Shown here: one piece after another, positions 19,865 to 31,170 of the stretch
How positions within the stretch are numbered: position 1 is the stretch's first letter
How the letters are laid out: every line of letters begins with the position of its first letter
Sequence record: DRR723986_4163
Strand: one strand, 5' to 3'
DNA: 33,976 nucleotides
Program-made: the position numbers and the translations under genes
The notes under the pieces: model-generated
What the model was told of the DNA's origin: nothing
The model's database searches: none
The model's input: only the letters and a program-made list of their open reading frames with translations

Positions 19865-21343
19865 TTGTCTGACGCCATATGGCAGCGGTGCTTAGCGGTT
19901 CTTCAAGAGGAGTTGCCCGCGCAGCAGTTCAATACCTGGATTCGGCCGCTGCGTTTAGAGGCTGGAGAAGGTTGGTTGCGTCTGCTGGCGCCTAATCGCT
20001 TTGTTAAAGATTGGGTCAACGATCGATTTTTTACTCGGATTGAAGAGCTGGTTGCAGAGTTCTCTGGCGGCCAAGGCTTCAATGTTGAGCTGGCCATTGC
20101 CGATCGCCAGCAATCGGCAATGGCGCGCCAACGCCCTACCCCTCCCGCCAGTTATGGGGAGGATCTGAGTCAAAGCCCTGCTGCCACAGAAAGTACACTC
20201 GCGGGGAATGAGGGCGTCGCCCCGGTTCCTGCTCCGGCAATTATCCAGTCCTCCACTGCGGCGTCGGCAGCGCCCACTACCCCCCCCCAGCGGCAAGTGG
20301 AAGTTGAAGGCGGTATTCGCCATCAAAGCTCCTTGATGGAGGGCTATACCTTCGAAACGTTTGTAGAGGGTAAGTCCAACCAGCTAGCCCGCGCGGCAGC
20401 AAGCCAGGTCGCAGAGAATCCGGGGCGCGCGTATAACCCGCTATTTTTATATGGTGGGGTTGGCTTGGGTAAAACGCACCTTATGCACGCGGTGGGTAAC
20501 TCCCTGGTGCAACAAAACCCCAATGCTCGCGTGGTATATCTTCACTCTGAGCGCTTTGTTGCCGATATGGTTAAGGCCTTGCAGCTCAATGCGATCAATG
20601 AATTTAAGCGCTATTACCGCTCGGTGGATGCGCTGTTAATTGACGATATTCAGTTTTTCTCAGGAAAAGAGCGTTCCCAGGAGGAATTCTTCCATACCTT
20701 TAACGCCTTGCTGGAAGGCGGTCAGCAGATGATCCTTACCTGTGACCGCTACCCCAAAGAAATTAAGGGGCTGGAAGAGCGGTTGAAGTCGCGTTTCGGC
20801 TGGGGGCTTACCGTTGCGGTAGAGCCGCCAGAGTTGGAAACGCGGGTGGCTATTTTGCTGAAAAAGGCAGAGCAAGAGAATATCCCCCTGCCCTCTGACG
20901 CGGCGTTTTTTATTGCTCAGCGTGTTCGCTCGAATGTCCGCGAGCTTGAGGGTGTGTTGAAGCGGGTTATCGCGAGTTCACGGTTTATGGCCAAGCCCAT
21001 CGATATTCCGCTTATTAAAGAATCGCTAAAAGACTTGCTGGCGCTGCAGGATAAGCAAGTGAGTTTGGATAATATCCAGCGCACCGTTGCAGAGTATTAC
21101 AAGATTAAAATTGCCGATTTAATGTCCAAGCGTCGCAGTCGTTCGGTGGCGCGTCCAAGGCAGTTAGCGATGGCGCTTTCCAAAGAGTTAACCAACCACA
21201 GTTTGCCCGAAATCGGCGAGGGTTTTGGTGGTCGGGACCATACGACCGTGTTGCATGCCTGCCGTAAAATAAAAGAATTGCGCGACGCTGATGCCGATAT
21301 CAGGGAAGACTATAAGAATTTGATAAGACTTCTGACAACCTAA
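19865..21343 (+). CDS. dnaA: Chromosomal replication initiator DnaA
   Basis: [50 protein letters not shown] start after GGGAG. Confidence 0.99.
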   Translation: MSDAIWQRCLAVLQEELPAQQFNTWIRPLRLEAGEGWLRLLAPNRFVKDWVNDRFFTRIEELVAEFSGGQGFNVELAIADRQQSAMARQRPTPPASYGEDLSQSPAATESTLAGNEGVAPVPAPAIIQSSTAASAAPTTPPQRQVEVEGGIRHQSSLMEGYTFETFVEGKSNQLARAAASQVAENPGRAYNPLFLYGGVGLGKTHLMHAVGNSLVQQNPNARVVYLHSERFVADMVKALQLNAINEFKRYYRSVDALLIDDIQFFSGKERSQEEFFHTFNALLEGGQQMILTCDRYPKEIKGLEERLKSRFGWGLTVAVEPPELETRVAILLKKAEQENIPLPSDAAFFIAQRVRSNVRELEGVLKRVIASSRFMAKPIDIPLIKESLKDLLALQDKQVSLDNIQRTVAEYYKIKIADLMSKRRSRSVARPRQLAMALSKELTNHSLPEIGEGFGGRDHTTVLHACRKIKELRDADADIREDYKNLIRLLTT

Positions 21344-21435
21344 TGTTTTTAGGTCAGTTTTTATAATAAAGTGTAGTTTCTTATGGCCTGGGAAAGCGGC
21401 CCTGCGACCAGCAAAAACCAACGGGAAGACAACGA

Positions 21436-22548
21436 ATGAAATTTTCTATTTCTAGGGACGCTTTGATCAAGCCCCTGAACCTTGTTGCCGGTGTTGTAGA
21501 ACGCCGCCAAACGCTGCCTATTTTGGCGAATGTTCAGTTAGTGCTGGATGGTCAGCAACTTTCGCTGACGGGTACGGATCTCGAGGTGGAGTTGATTGGT
21601 CGTGTGGATTTGGCGGAAGAGGGCCAGGCAAGCGAGCCGGGAGAAATCACGGTACCCGCCAAGAAGTTGGTGGATATTTGTAAGGCCCTGCCCGAGGGCT
21701 CGGTGATCGATGTTAGCCAGGACGAGCAGAAGCTCATTATTAAATCGGGACGCAGCCGCTTCCAGCTGTCCACCCTTCCCGCCAGTGATTTTCCCAGTGT
21801 TGAGCAGGGTCACGGCGGTCAGCGTTTCAGCCTGAAGCAAGGTGATTTAAAGCGCTTGATCGATCGCACCAGCTTTGCCATGGCGCAGCAGGATGTTCGC
21901 TACTATCTGAACGGGATGCTGTTTGAGGTGAACCCAGGTTTGTTGCGAGTGGTTGCGACAGATGGTCACCGGCTGGCGATGGCCAGCTTCAATGGCGACA
22001 TCAATGTGTCTAACAGCGCTCAGGTGATCCTGCCACGTAAAGGGGTTATCGAGCTGGGTCGTCTGCTTATTAATGAAAACGATGATGCGGAGCTTTTTGT
22101 GGGTAGCAACCACATCCGCGTGGTCACCCGTGATTTCACATTCACGTCTAAGTTGATAGACGGAAAATTCCCCGACTACGAGCGTGTACTGCCCCGTGGC
22201 AGCACCAAAACGGTATTAGGTAGCCGAGCAGAGCTTAAGCAAGCCTTTGCACGTACTGCAATTTTGTCTAACGAAAAATACCGCGGCATTCGCCTGTTAC
22301 TCAGCAGTGGCAACTTGCAGATAGTGGCTAACAACCCCGAGCAAGAAGAAGCGGAAGAAATCGTAGCGGTGGATTACGAGGGCGATAGCCTGGAGATAGG
22401 TTTCAACGTGAGCTATCTGTTGGACGTGATGTCGGCAATCAATGGCGAAACCGTGAAGTTCTCGCTGTCGGACGCCAACAGCTCAGCCTTGGTTGAAGAG
22501 TCTGAGAGCAGCGATAGCCAATACGTTGTTATGCCAATGCGCTTGTAA
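21436..22548 (+). CDS. dnaN: DNA polymerase III beta sliding clamp
   Basis: VERRQTLPILAN, QDVRYYLNG, VATDGHRLA, terminal YVVMPMRL. Confidence 0.99.
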   Translation: MKFSISRDALIKPLNLVAGVVERRQTLPILANVQLVLDGQQLSLTGTDLEVELIGRVDLAEEGQASEPGEITVPAKKLVDICKALPEGSVIDVSQDEQKLIIKSGRSRFQLSTLPASDFPSVEQGHGGQRFSLKQGDLKRLIDRTSFAMAQQDVRYYLNGMLFEVNPGLLRVVATDGHRLAMASFNGDINVSNSAQVILPRKGVIELGRLLINENDDAELFVGSNHIRVVTRDFTFTSKLIDGKFPDYERVLPRGSTKTVLGSRAELKQAFARTAILSNEKYRGIRLLLSSGNLQIVANNPEQEEAEEIVAVDYEGDSLEIGFNVSYLLDVMSAINGETVKFSLSDANSSALVEESESSDSQYVVMPMRL

Positions 22549-22582
22549 GCTGTCGGCAATTACGGATGTTTGCGATTTTGAT

Positions 22583-22611
22583 AGCGGCCGCCAGCGATGG
22601 TGGCCGTTTTT
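22583..22611 (+). terminator. Putative intrinsic terminator between dnaN and recF
   Basis: CGGCCGCCA-gcga-TGGTGGCCG stem (one G-U pair, GNRA loop) followed by TTTTT. Confidence 0.7.
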
Positions 22612-22655
22612 GTATTCTTCCCCTTCCCTCCTGTTTGCGGAGTTTGTGACGCCCG

Positions 22656-23795
22656 ATGCGGTTAAGTGAATTACATATCTCCAATTTTCGTAATTTGCGG
22701 CGCTGTGTGTTGAGTGATCTCTCTACCTTTAATTTCATCCATGGTGTGAATGGTAGTGGTAAGACCTCGGTGCTTGAGGCGATACATATGCTTTCCCTCA
22801 CGCGGTCATTTCGTTCACGAAAAATTAATAGTGTGGTGAATTTTGACTCCCCTTCTCTATTGGTAAGGGGAGAGTTGGTTGACGGTGCCTTTGACGATAA
22901 TCGGATGCTTGGCATCCAGCGCGGGCGCGATAAGTCGCTGCTGGTTAAGTATGCGGGCGAACGACTCAGGTCCTTTTCGGATTTAGCGGGCTTGCTTCCC
23001 GTGCAGTTGATCAACCCCGATAGCTTTCAATTGTTTGAAGGTTCACCAACTGTGCGCCGGCAGTTTCTCGATTGGTCAGTGTTCCACGTGAAACATCTTG
23101 GTTTTTACGAGGAGTGGTCAAGGTATAGAAAAGCGGTAAAGCAGCGAAATACACTGCTCAGACGTGGTAAACTATCGGATGCAATGCTCTCCCCTTGGGA
23201 GGAGGAAATTGCGCTGACAGGGGCGAAAATCACGGCTATGCGCCGCGCTCAGTTTGCGGAGCTAGAGGAAGCGTTTGTAAGTCTGCTTAGCGAGCTTCAG
23301 GGTGGGGCTGGGCAGGATGCAAGCCACCTTCTGGATGCCTCGCGTTTTACTATGCGCTTTATCAGTGGCTGGGATGACGACGAGGGTCGTTTAGGCGCAG
23401 AGGATTTGCGTAGGCTCTTAAATGAATCCAGAGAGCAAGATCTGCGGCAAGGGTTTACGCGAGTAGGTCCGCACCGCGCCGATATTCGCTTTAGTTACGG
23501 TGGTACTAATGCGGCCGAGGTATTGTCGCGCGGGCAGATTAAAACGCTGGTATGTGCTCTGAAATTAGCGCAATGCAGGTTGATGCGACGACAAAACCTG
23601 GATGTGCTGTTGTTAGTCGATGACTTGCCTGCAGAGTTGGATAGAGAGCGCCGCGCTGCCCTGTTTGGTGTGATCGCGAGCATGGATATGCAGGTTTTCG
23701 CGACATCCATAGAAGCATCAGATCTTGATGACGCTTGGCTGGGTGACGCAAAAGAGATAAGAAGGTTTCACGTGGAACATTTTACCAACGCCTGA
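22656..23795 (+). CDS. recF: DNA replication/repair protein RecF
   Basis: GVNGSGKTSVLEAI Walker A, RRQFLDW, GPHRAD, LSRGQ signature, LLVDDLPAELD Walker B. Confidence 0.97.
   Translation: MRLSELHISNFRNLRRCVLSDLSTFNFIHGVNGSGKTSVLEAIHMLSLTRSFRSRKINSVVNFDSPSLLVRGELVDGAFDDNRMLGIQRGRDKSLLVKYAGERLRSFSDLAGLLPVQLINPDSFQLFEGSPTVRRQFLDWSVFHVKHLGFYEEWSRYRKAVKQRNTLLRRGKLSDAMLSPWEEEIALTGAKITAMRRAQFAELEEAFVSLLSELQGGAGQDASHLLDASRFTMRFISGWDDDEGRLGAEDLRRLLNESREQDLRQGFTRVGPHRADIRFSYGGTNAAEVLSRGQIKTLVCALKLAQCRLMRRQNLDVLLLVDDLPAELDRERRAALFGVIASMDMQVFATSIEASDLDDAWLGDAKEIRRFHVEHFTNA
23080..23095. promoter_or_regulatory. parS centromere site inside recF
   Basis: TGTTCCACGTGAAACA matches the parS consensus TGTTNCACGTGAAACA. 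Confidence 0.9.
23764..23779. promoter_or_regulatory. parS centromere site at the recF 3' end
   Basis: GGTTTCACGTGGAACA; its reverse complement TGTTCCACGTGAAACC has one mismatch to the consensus. Confidence 0.88.
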
Positions 23796-23828
23796 TTCCA
23801 GCCAATGTGGCGTGTGGGCGACAGGTAA

Positions 23829-26300
<2,472 letters not shown>

Positions 26301-26311
26301 TCCCAGGCACT

Positions 26312-26352
26312 AAAAAAGCCCGCGAGTCGCATCGATTCGCGGGCTTTTTTTT
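26312..26352. terminator. Bidirectional intrinsic terminator between gyrB and plsC
   Basis: AAAAAAGCCCGCGAGTCG-cat-CGATTCGCGGGCTTTTTTTT between convergent genes. Confidence 0.92.
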
Positions 26353-26365
26353 GTGCTGATTCCGA

Positions 26366-27091
26366 CTAAGGCATTTTATCGCAGTGTTGCTCGATCCATT
26401 CTGCGGCCTGTTCGGCCAGGGCCTTTGGGTCACCGTCGCGAGTGTCAATCAGCTCCCCTATCCACAGCGTGACGGTGCCTGGCCGAATAAGCAGGCTCTT
26501 GGGTGGCCACAGCCTTCCGGCGTTGTGAGCGATGGGTAAAATGGGTACGCCGGCTTTGACGGCAATGCCTGCCCCTCCCCTGGCGTATTTACCGCGCACG
26601 CCATGGGGCACACGGGTTCCCTCTGGGAAGATAAGCAGGTTGCAGTTATTCGCCAGGTGCTGAGTGCCCTGCTCCATGGTTTGGCGCATGGCCGCCCGGG
26701 GGTTGCTGCGATCGATGCCGATCGCATTCATCATGCGCAGCGCCCAACCGAAGAACGGCACGGACAGCAGCTCCTTTTTAACCACGGTGGTAACGGGAAA
26801 AAGAAACCACTGCAAATAAAAGGTTTCCCACTGGCTTTGGTGTTTTGCCAGGGCGACATAGGGCTGTTGCGCAGGCAATTCGCCGACGACGCGCGTGCGT
26901 ACGCCACAAAATAGTCGCAGACAGAAAATGATCAGCGCATTGCCGATGACAAAGTAGCGGCCGCGAACATGGAAGGGTAGGAACCACGTGAACACGATAC
27001 CTGTAACGCTAAAAAACAGCGTAATCAGCGCATAGCTTACAAAAAACAGCCCCGAGCGCAGCCCGAGCCACACTTTGTACGGTAACGTCAT
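26366..27091 (-). CDS. plsC: 1-acyl-sn-glycerol-3-phosphate (lysophospholipid) acyltransferase
   Basis: KHQSQWET motif I, VKKELLSVPFFGW, IDR, IFPEGTR, VPILPIA. Confidence 0.88.
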   Translation of the reverse strand: MTLPYKVWLGLRSGLFFVSYALITLFFSVTGIVFTWFLPFHVRGRYFVIGNALIIFCLRLFCGVRTRVVGELPAQQPYVALAKHQSQWETFYLQWFLFPVTTVVKKELLSVPFFGWALRMMNAIGIDRSNPRAAMRQTMEQGTQHLANNCNLLIFPEGTRVPHGVRGKYARGGAGIAVKAGVPILPIAHNAGRLWPPKSLLIRPGTVTLWIGELIDTRDGDPKALAEQAAEWIEQHCDKMP

Positions 27092-27118
27092 CCCTGCTCC
27101 CTTCGCATCGCTTGCCGG

Positions 27119-29203
27119 CTATTTTTTAGCAGGCACCAGCAGTGATATATCGGCCACTTCTAAGAACAAGGCTTGTAGCTGTTTGAGTAAGCTGAGGCGG
27201 TTATTCTTGAGAGCCGGGTCGTCGGCGTTCACCATGACATCGTCAAAGAAGCGATCAACGGGGCCCTGCAAGACCGCCAGTGACTTCAAGCCTGCGGTAT
27301 AGTCGCCGGATTCAAATAGCGCCAGGGCTTCTGACGAGCACGCCCCCAAGGCTGAGTGCAGCGCTTGCTCAGCGTCTTCTTGCAATAAGCTCGCATCGAC
27401 TGTCGGCGCTACATCCCCTTCCGCTTTGGCGAGAATATTCGATACGCGCTTGTTGGCGGCGGCCAATGCACTGGCTTCCTTCAACTGGGTAAAGGCTTGA
27501 ACAGCGTTAACGCGGCGATCAAAGTCGAGGGCATGAGTGATGCCTTTGGCATTGACGGCGAGGAAGATTTCGCTGGCCACGCCTTTGTCGTCATACCAGG
27601 CGCGCAGTCGCTCGAACATGTAGCCGAGGATGCTCTCTACCAGCTCGTCGCTGCCCTTCACCGCGCTGTGTTGAGCAATGGCCTTAACGACCAGCGGGCG
27701 CAGATCCAGGTCCAACGCTTTTTCGATCAGAATGCGCATGACCGCCAGTGACGCGCGGCGCAGGGCAAAGGGGTCTTTCGACCCGGTGGGCAGTTGGCCG
27801 ATGCCGAAAATACCGCTAATGGTGTCCAGGCGGTCTGCCAGGGCGACGACCGTGCCGACATCACCAGCCGGTAATTCATCGCCGGCAAAGCGAGGCAGAT
27901 ACTGCTCCTGCATGGCCTGGGCAACCGCGGCGGGCTCGCCGTCATTCTTGGCGTAGTAGGTACCGGCAATGCCCTGCATATCGTCGAATTCCAGCACCAT
28001 CTCTGACACCAGATCGCTTTTGCTAAGCTCGGCGGCACGGCGCGCCTGCGCGGCGTCGACATTCAATTGCGAGGCAATAAGCGCCGAGAGTTCGGCAACG
28101 CGTTCGGTTTTATCGAAAATGCTGCCAAGCTTTTCCTGGAAAACGACTTTCTTCAGCCGCTCGCGGCGCTCTGCCAATGATGTTTTACAGTCGGTTTCGA
28201 AAAAGAAAGCGGCGTCGCTCAGGCGCGGGCGAATAACCCGCTCATTGCCATCGATGACTTTTTCCGGCTCGCGGCTTTCGATGTTGGACACCGTGATAAA
28301 GTGAGGGAGCAACTCCCCCTTGGCATCTACCACGTGAAAATACTTCTGGTGTTCCTTCATCGAGGACACCAAGGCCTCGGCGGGAACCTGCAAGAAACGC
28401 TGCTCAAAATTACCCGCTAAGGCCACGGGCCATTCAACCAGTGCGGTGACTTCGTCCAGCAGTGCCGGGTCGATCACCGCTTCACCGCCGAGGTCCTGCC
28501 CCTGTGCGGTGACTTGTTGGCGAATTAACTCACGACGACGACTAAAGTCGGCGATAACACGGCCTTCTTCTTCCAGCTGGCGCGCGTAATCTGCGGGCTT
28601 GCCCAGTTGCAGCTCGCCTTCGCTGTGAAAGCGGTGGCCGCGACTGCTGCGGCCGATGCGATGACCCATCACCTCACCACTAACAACCTCGTCGCCAAAA
28701 ATAACGCTCACCCAGTGTACTGGGCGTACAAACTGCTCACGTTTTGCACCCCAACGCATACGCTTGGGGATGGGCAGAGACGCCAGGGCCTGGTCGATAA
28801 AGCCTGGCAGTTTTTCGCTGGCTTGGCTGCCTTCGGCGGTAGAGCGGAAGCACAGCTTGTCTTGCTTGCCGTCATTGGCAATGTAATTACTCAGCTCATC
28901 CAGTGCCAAACCATTGCTCTTTGCAAAGGCCTCGGCGGCTTTGGTGGCCTGGCCGTCCTTAAAGGCGACTTTGACAGGTGGCCCCCACTTTTCTATGTCT
29001 TTGCTGGGCGCCTGTTCGTCGAGTTGACTAACGACCACAGCAAGGCGACGTGGCGAGGCGAAGCCTTCTACGCCATCGAAGCTCAGTTCCTCAGCGGCCA
29101 ATTGCTGGGTAATGCTGTTGGTGAAGGCCTCGGACAGGCTGCTGAGTGCCTTCGGGGGGAGTTCTTCTGTGCCGATCTCTATCAGCAGATCACGCTTGCT
29201 CAT
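27119..29203 (-). CDS. glyS: Glycyl-tRNA synthetase beta subunit
   Basis: Likely start [17 protein letters not shown] at ATG 29203 (TGATG overlap with glyQ); PKRMRWG, GNERVIRPRLSDA, TGSKDPFALRR. Confidence 0.98.
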   Translation of the reverse strand: MSKRDLLIEIGTEELPPKALSSLSEAFTNSITQQLAAEELSFDGVEGFASPRRLAVVVSQLDEQAPSKDIEKWGPPVKVAFKDGQATKAAEAFAKSNGLALDELSNYIANDGKQDKLCFRSTAEGSQASEKLPGFIDQALASLPIPKRMRWGAKREQFVRPVHWVSVIFGDEVVSGEVMGHRIGRSSRGHRFHSEGELQLGKPADYARQLEEEGRVIADFSRRRELIRQQVTAQGQDLGGEAVIDPALLDEVTALVEWPVALAGNFEQRFLQVPAEALVSSMKEHQKYFHVVDAKGELLPHFITVSNIESREPEKVIDGNERVIRPRLSDAAFFFETDCKTSLAERRERLKKVVFQEKLGSIFDKTERVAELSALIASQLNVDAAQARRAAELSKSDLVSEMVLEFDDMQGIAGTYYAKNDGEPAAVAQAMQEQYLPRFAGDELPAGDVGTVVALADRLDTISGIFGIGQLPTGSKDPFALRRASLAVMRILIEKALDLDLRPLVVKAIAQHSAVKGSDELVESILGYMFERLRAWYDDKGVASEIFLAVNAKGITHALDFDRRVNAVQAFTQLKEASALAAANKRVSNILAKAEGDVAPTVDASLLQEDAEQALHSALGACSSEALALFESGDYTAGLKSLAVLQGPVDRFFDDVMVNADDPALKNNRLSLLKQLQALFLEVADISLLVPAKK

Positions 29204-30153
29204 CAGGCTGTTCCTTTGTCTGCGCGAAATTGTTCGCGCCATACGGCTTTTCGCTCGTCGCTGGCTAGCGGGTAGTCAAGTTGGTTTCGCGCTTCGTCGT
29301 AGGCATGGGCCACTGCGCGGGCCAGGCCACGAACACGCAAGATAAAGCGTTGGCGCTCGGTGACCGAAATGGCGTGGCGAGCGTCAAGTAAGTTAAAGGC
29401 GTGTGAGGCCTTCATAACCATCTCATAGGCGGGAAGAGGCAGGCCTTTCTCTACCAGGCGCTGGCTTTCTGCCTCGTAGTGGTCGAAGTTGCTGAACAGT
29501 TGTTCAACGTCGGCCTCTTCAAAGTTAAAGGTCGACATCTCCACCTCGTTTTGGTGGAACACATCGCCGTAGGTCACTTTGCCTTCGGGCCCGTCGGTCC
29601 ACACCAGGTCGTAGATGCTGTCCACGCCCTGCAGGTACATGGCGATACGTTCCAGGCCATAGGTGATTTCGCCAGTAACCGGGAAACACTCAATACCGCC
29701 CACTTGCTGGAAGTAGGTAAACTGGGTGACTTCCATGCCATTCAGCCACACTTCCCAGCCGAGTCCCCAGGCGCCCAGTGTCGGCGACTCCCAGTTGTCC
29801 TCAACAAAGCGTATGTCGTGAACCGTTGGATCGATACCCAGCATGCGCAGGGAGTCGAGATAGAGCTCTTGAATATTATCGGGCGAAGGCTTCATGACTA
29901 CCTGAAACTGGTAGTAGTGCTGAAGGCGGTTAGGGTTCTCGCCATAGCGGCCGTCGGTGGGGCGTCGGCATGGCTGCACATAGGCGGCATTCCAGCTCTC
30001 GGGGCCGATAGCCCGCAAGAATGTGGCTGGGTGAAAGGTGCCTGCGCCGACTTCCATATCGAGGGGCTGCAAAACAACGCAGCCCTGCTTGGCCCAAAAC
30101 TGTTGCAGGCTCAGGATGAGTCCCTGGAAGCTGCTTACATCTGCCTGGTTCAC
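29203..30153 (-). CDS. glyQ: Glycyl-tRNA synthetase alpha subunit
   Basis: [42 protein letters not shown]. Confidence 0.99.
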   Translation of the reverse strand: MNQADVSSFQGLILSLQQFWAKQGCVVLQPLDMEVGAGTFHPATFLRAIGPESWNAAYVQPCRRPTDGRYGENPNRLQHYYQFQVVMKPSPDNIQELYLDSLRMLGIDPTVHDIRFVEDNWESPTLGAWGLGWEVWLNGMEVTQFTYFQQVGGIECFPVTGEITYGLERIAMYLQGVDSIYDLVWTDGPEGKVTYGDVFHQNEVEMSTFNFEEADVEQLFSNFDHYEAESQRLVEKGLPLPAYEMVMKASHAFNLLDARHAISVTERQRFILRVRGLARAVAHAYDEARNQLDYPLASDERKAVWREQFRADKGTA

Positions 30154-30197
30154 TGTGATCCCCGTCTACCGCTGTGCGTGGAATAAAAGAAGCGAGG

Positions 30198-30258
30198 ATT
30201 ATACAGCGTTGCGTGGCTCGCGGCGACGCGTGTGGCCGAGGAATAGACTTGTTATGAT
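30198..30258. promoter_or_regulatory. Divergent -10 elements for glyQ (minus) and djlA (plus)
   Basis: Minus strand TATAAT at 30203-30198 with a weak -35; plus strand extended -10 TG-t-TATGAT at 30250-30258. Confidence 0.5.
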
Positions 30259-30294
30259 CTAGGACCTGTTCACAGTGGTGTGGAGCAACACAGC

Positions 30295-31095
30295 ATGGGA
30301 AAACTCATCGGCGCAGTACTCGGCTATTTTACCGGCGGAGTGCTATTGGCAGTGGTCGGATTGGCCATTGGGCATTTTTTCGACCGAGGCCTGAAGCAGG
30401 CGATGGGCTTCAACTACGCCGCGCGCCGGGAGCAGCTTCAGCAGGCGTTTTTTGACAGCACCTTTCGCATTATGGGGCATCTCGCTAAAGCCGATGGCCG
30501 CGTGTGCGAGCGAGAAATTCATCAGGCAGAAGCCATTTTTACTCAGCTGGGCTTGAGCAGCGAGCGGCGGCGCAGCGCTATTGAGCGGTTTAAGGAAGGT
30601 AGCGGCGACGCCTTTGTGCTCGAGGAAGAGGTGTCCCGCTTTTTGGAACACTGCGCGGCTCAGCCGCTGTTAAAGCAAATGCTGATAGAGGCCTTGCTGG
30701 CAATGGCGATCGCCGACGGCGAAATAGATGCCGCCGAAGAGGCTGTTTTATCCCGCGTGGCGCAGTTCCTCGGTTTTGCCACGCGAGACTTTGAGCAACT
30801 GCTAAAAATGAGCCGCGCTCAGCAGCACTTTAATTACCATCAACATTCATCCCGAGAACAGGCCCACCGCCAGCAACACAGTGACCTAGAGGATGCCTAC
30901 ACCGCCCTTGGGGTTAGCGCTGATGTCAGCAATGCTGAATTGAAGAAGGCCTATCGCCGGCTGATGAGTGAGCACCACCCAGACAAGCTCATTGCGCGCG
31001 GTGTACCTGAGGATATGCTGAAGATAGCGACCGAAAAGTCTCAGGAAATCAGGGCGGCTTACGATCTGATTCGCCGCCATCGAGGCGTGAAGTAA
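30295..31095 (+). CDS. djlA: Membrane co-chaperone DjlA; start ATG 30295 or GTG 30280
   Basis: N-terminal TM GKLIGAVLG...GHFFD, TerB-like MGHLAKADGRV, C-terminal J domain KKAYRRLMSEHHPDKL. Confidence 0.93.
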   Translation: MGKLIGAVLGYFTGGVLLAVVGLAIGHFFDRGLKQAMGFNYAARREQLQQAFFDSTFRIMGHLAKADGRVCEREIHQAEAIFTQLGLSSERRRSAIERFKEGSGDAFVLEEEVSRFLEHCAAQPLLKQMLIEALLAMAIADGEIDAAEEAVLSRVAQFLGFATRDFEQLLKMSRAQQHFNYHQHSSREQAHRQQHSDLEDAYTALGVSADVSNAELKKAYRRLMSEHHPDKLIARGVPEDMLKIATEKSQEIRAAYDLIRRHRGVK

Positions 31096-31141
31096 CCCTC
31101 CTGTCACATTTAACGTCGATGTCACATAGCGGCGCTACACT
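31090..31141 (+). promoter_or_regulatory. Tandem Pho-box-like (OmpR/PhoB-type) repeats plus a -10 element
   Basis: AAGTAAC-cctc-CTGTCAC (31090-31107) and ATTTAAC-gtcg-ATGTCAC (31108-31125); TACACT at 31136-31141, exactly 10 nt after the last half-site. Confidence 0.5.
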
Positions 31142-31170
31142 CCCCGTTTTCACTGATTGGTCTTGTCGAC

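Noticed and set aside
21362-21367. Internal dnaN promoter (TATAAT)
   Set aside because: Perfect -10 but no -35 or TG extension at the right spacing; insufficient support.
26980-26995. parS-like CACGTG core in plsC (and another at 28326-28341 in glyS)
   Set aside because: Six and four mismatches to the parS consensus; the palindromic arms are absent.
29204-29242. N-terminal extension of GlyS in the ORF track
   Set aside because: Lies within glyQ; the TGATG-coupled ATG at 29203 gives the conserved N-terminus.
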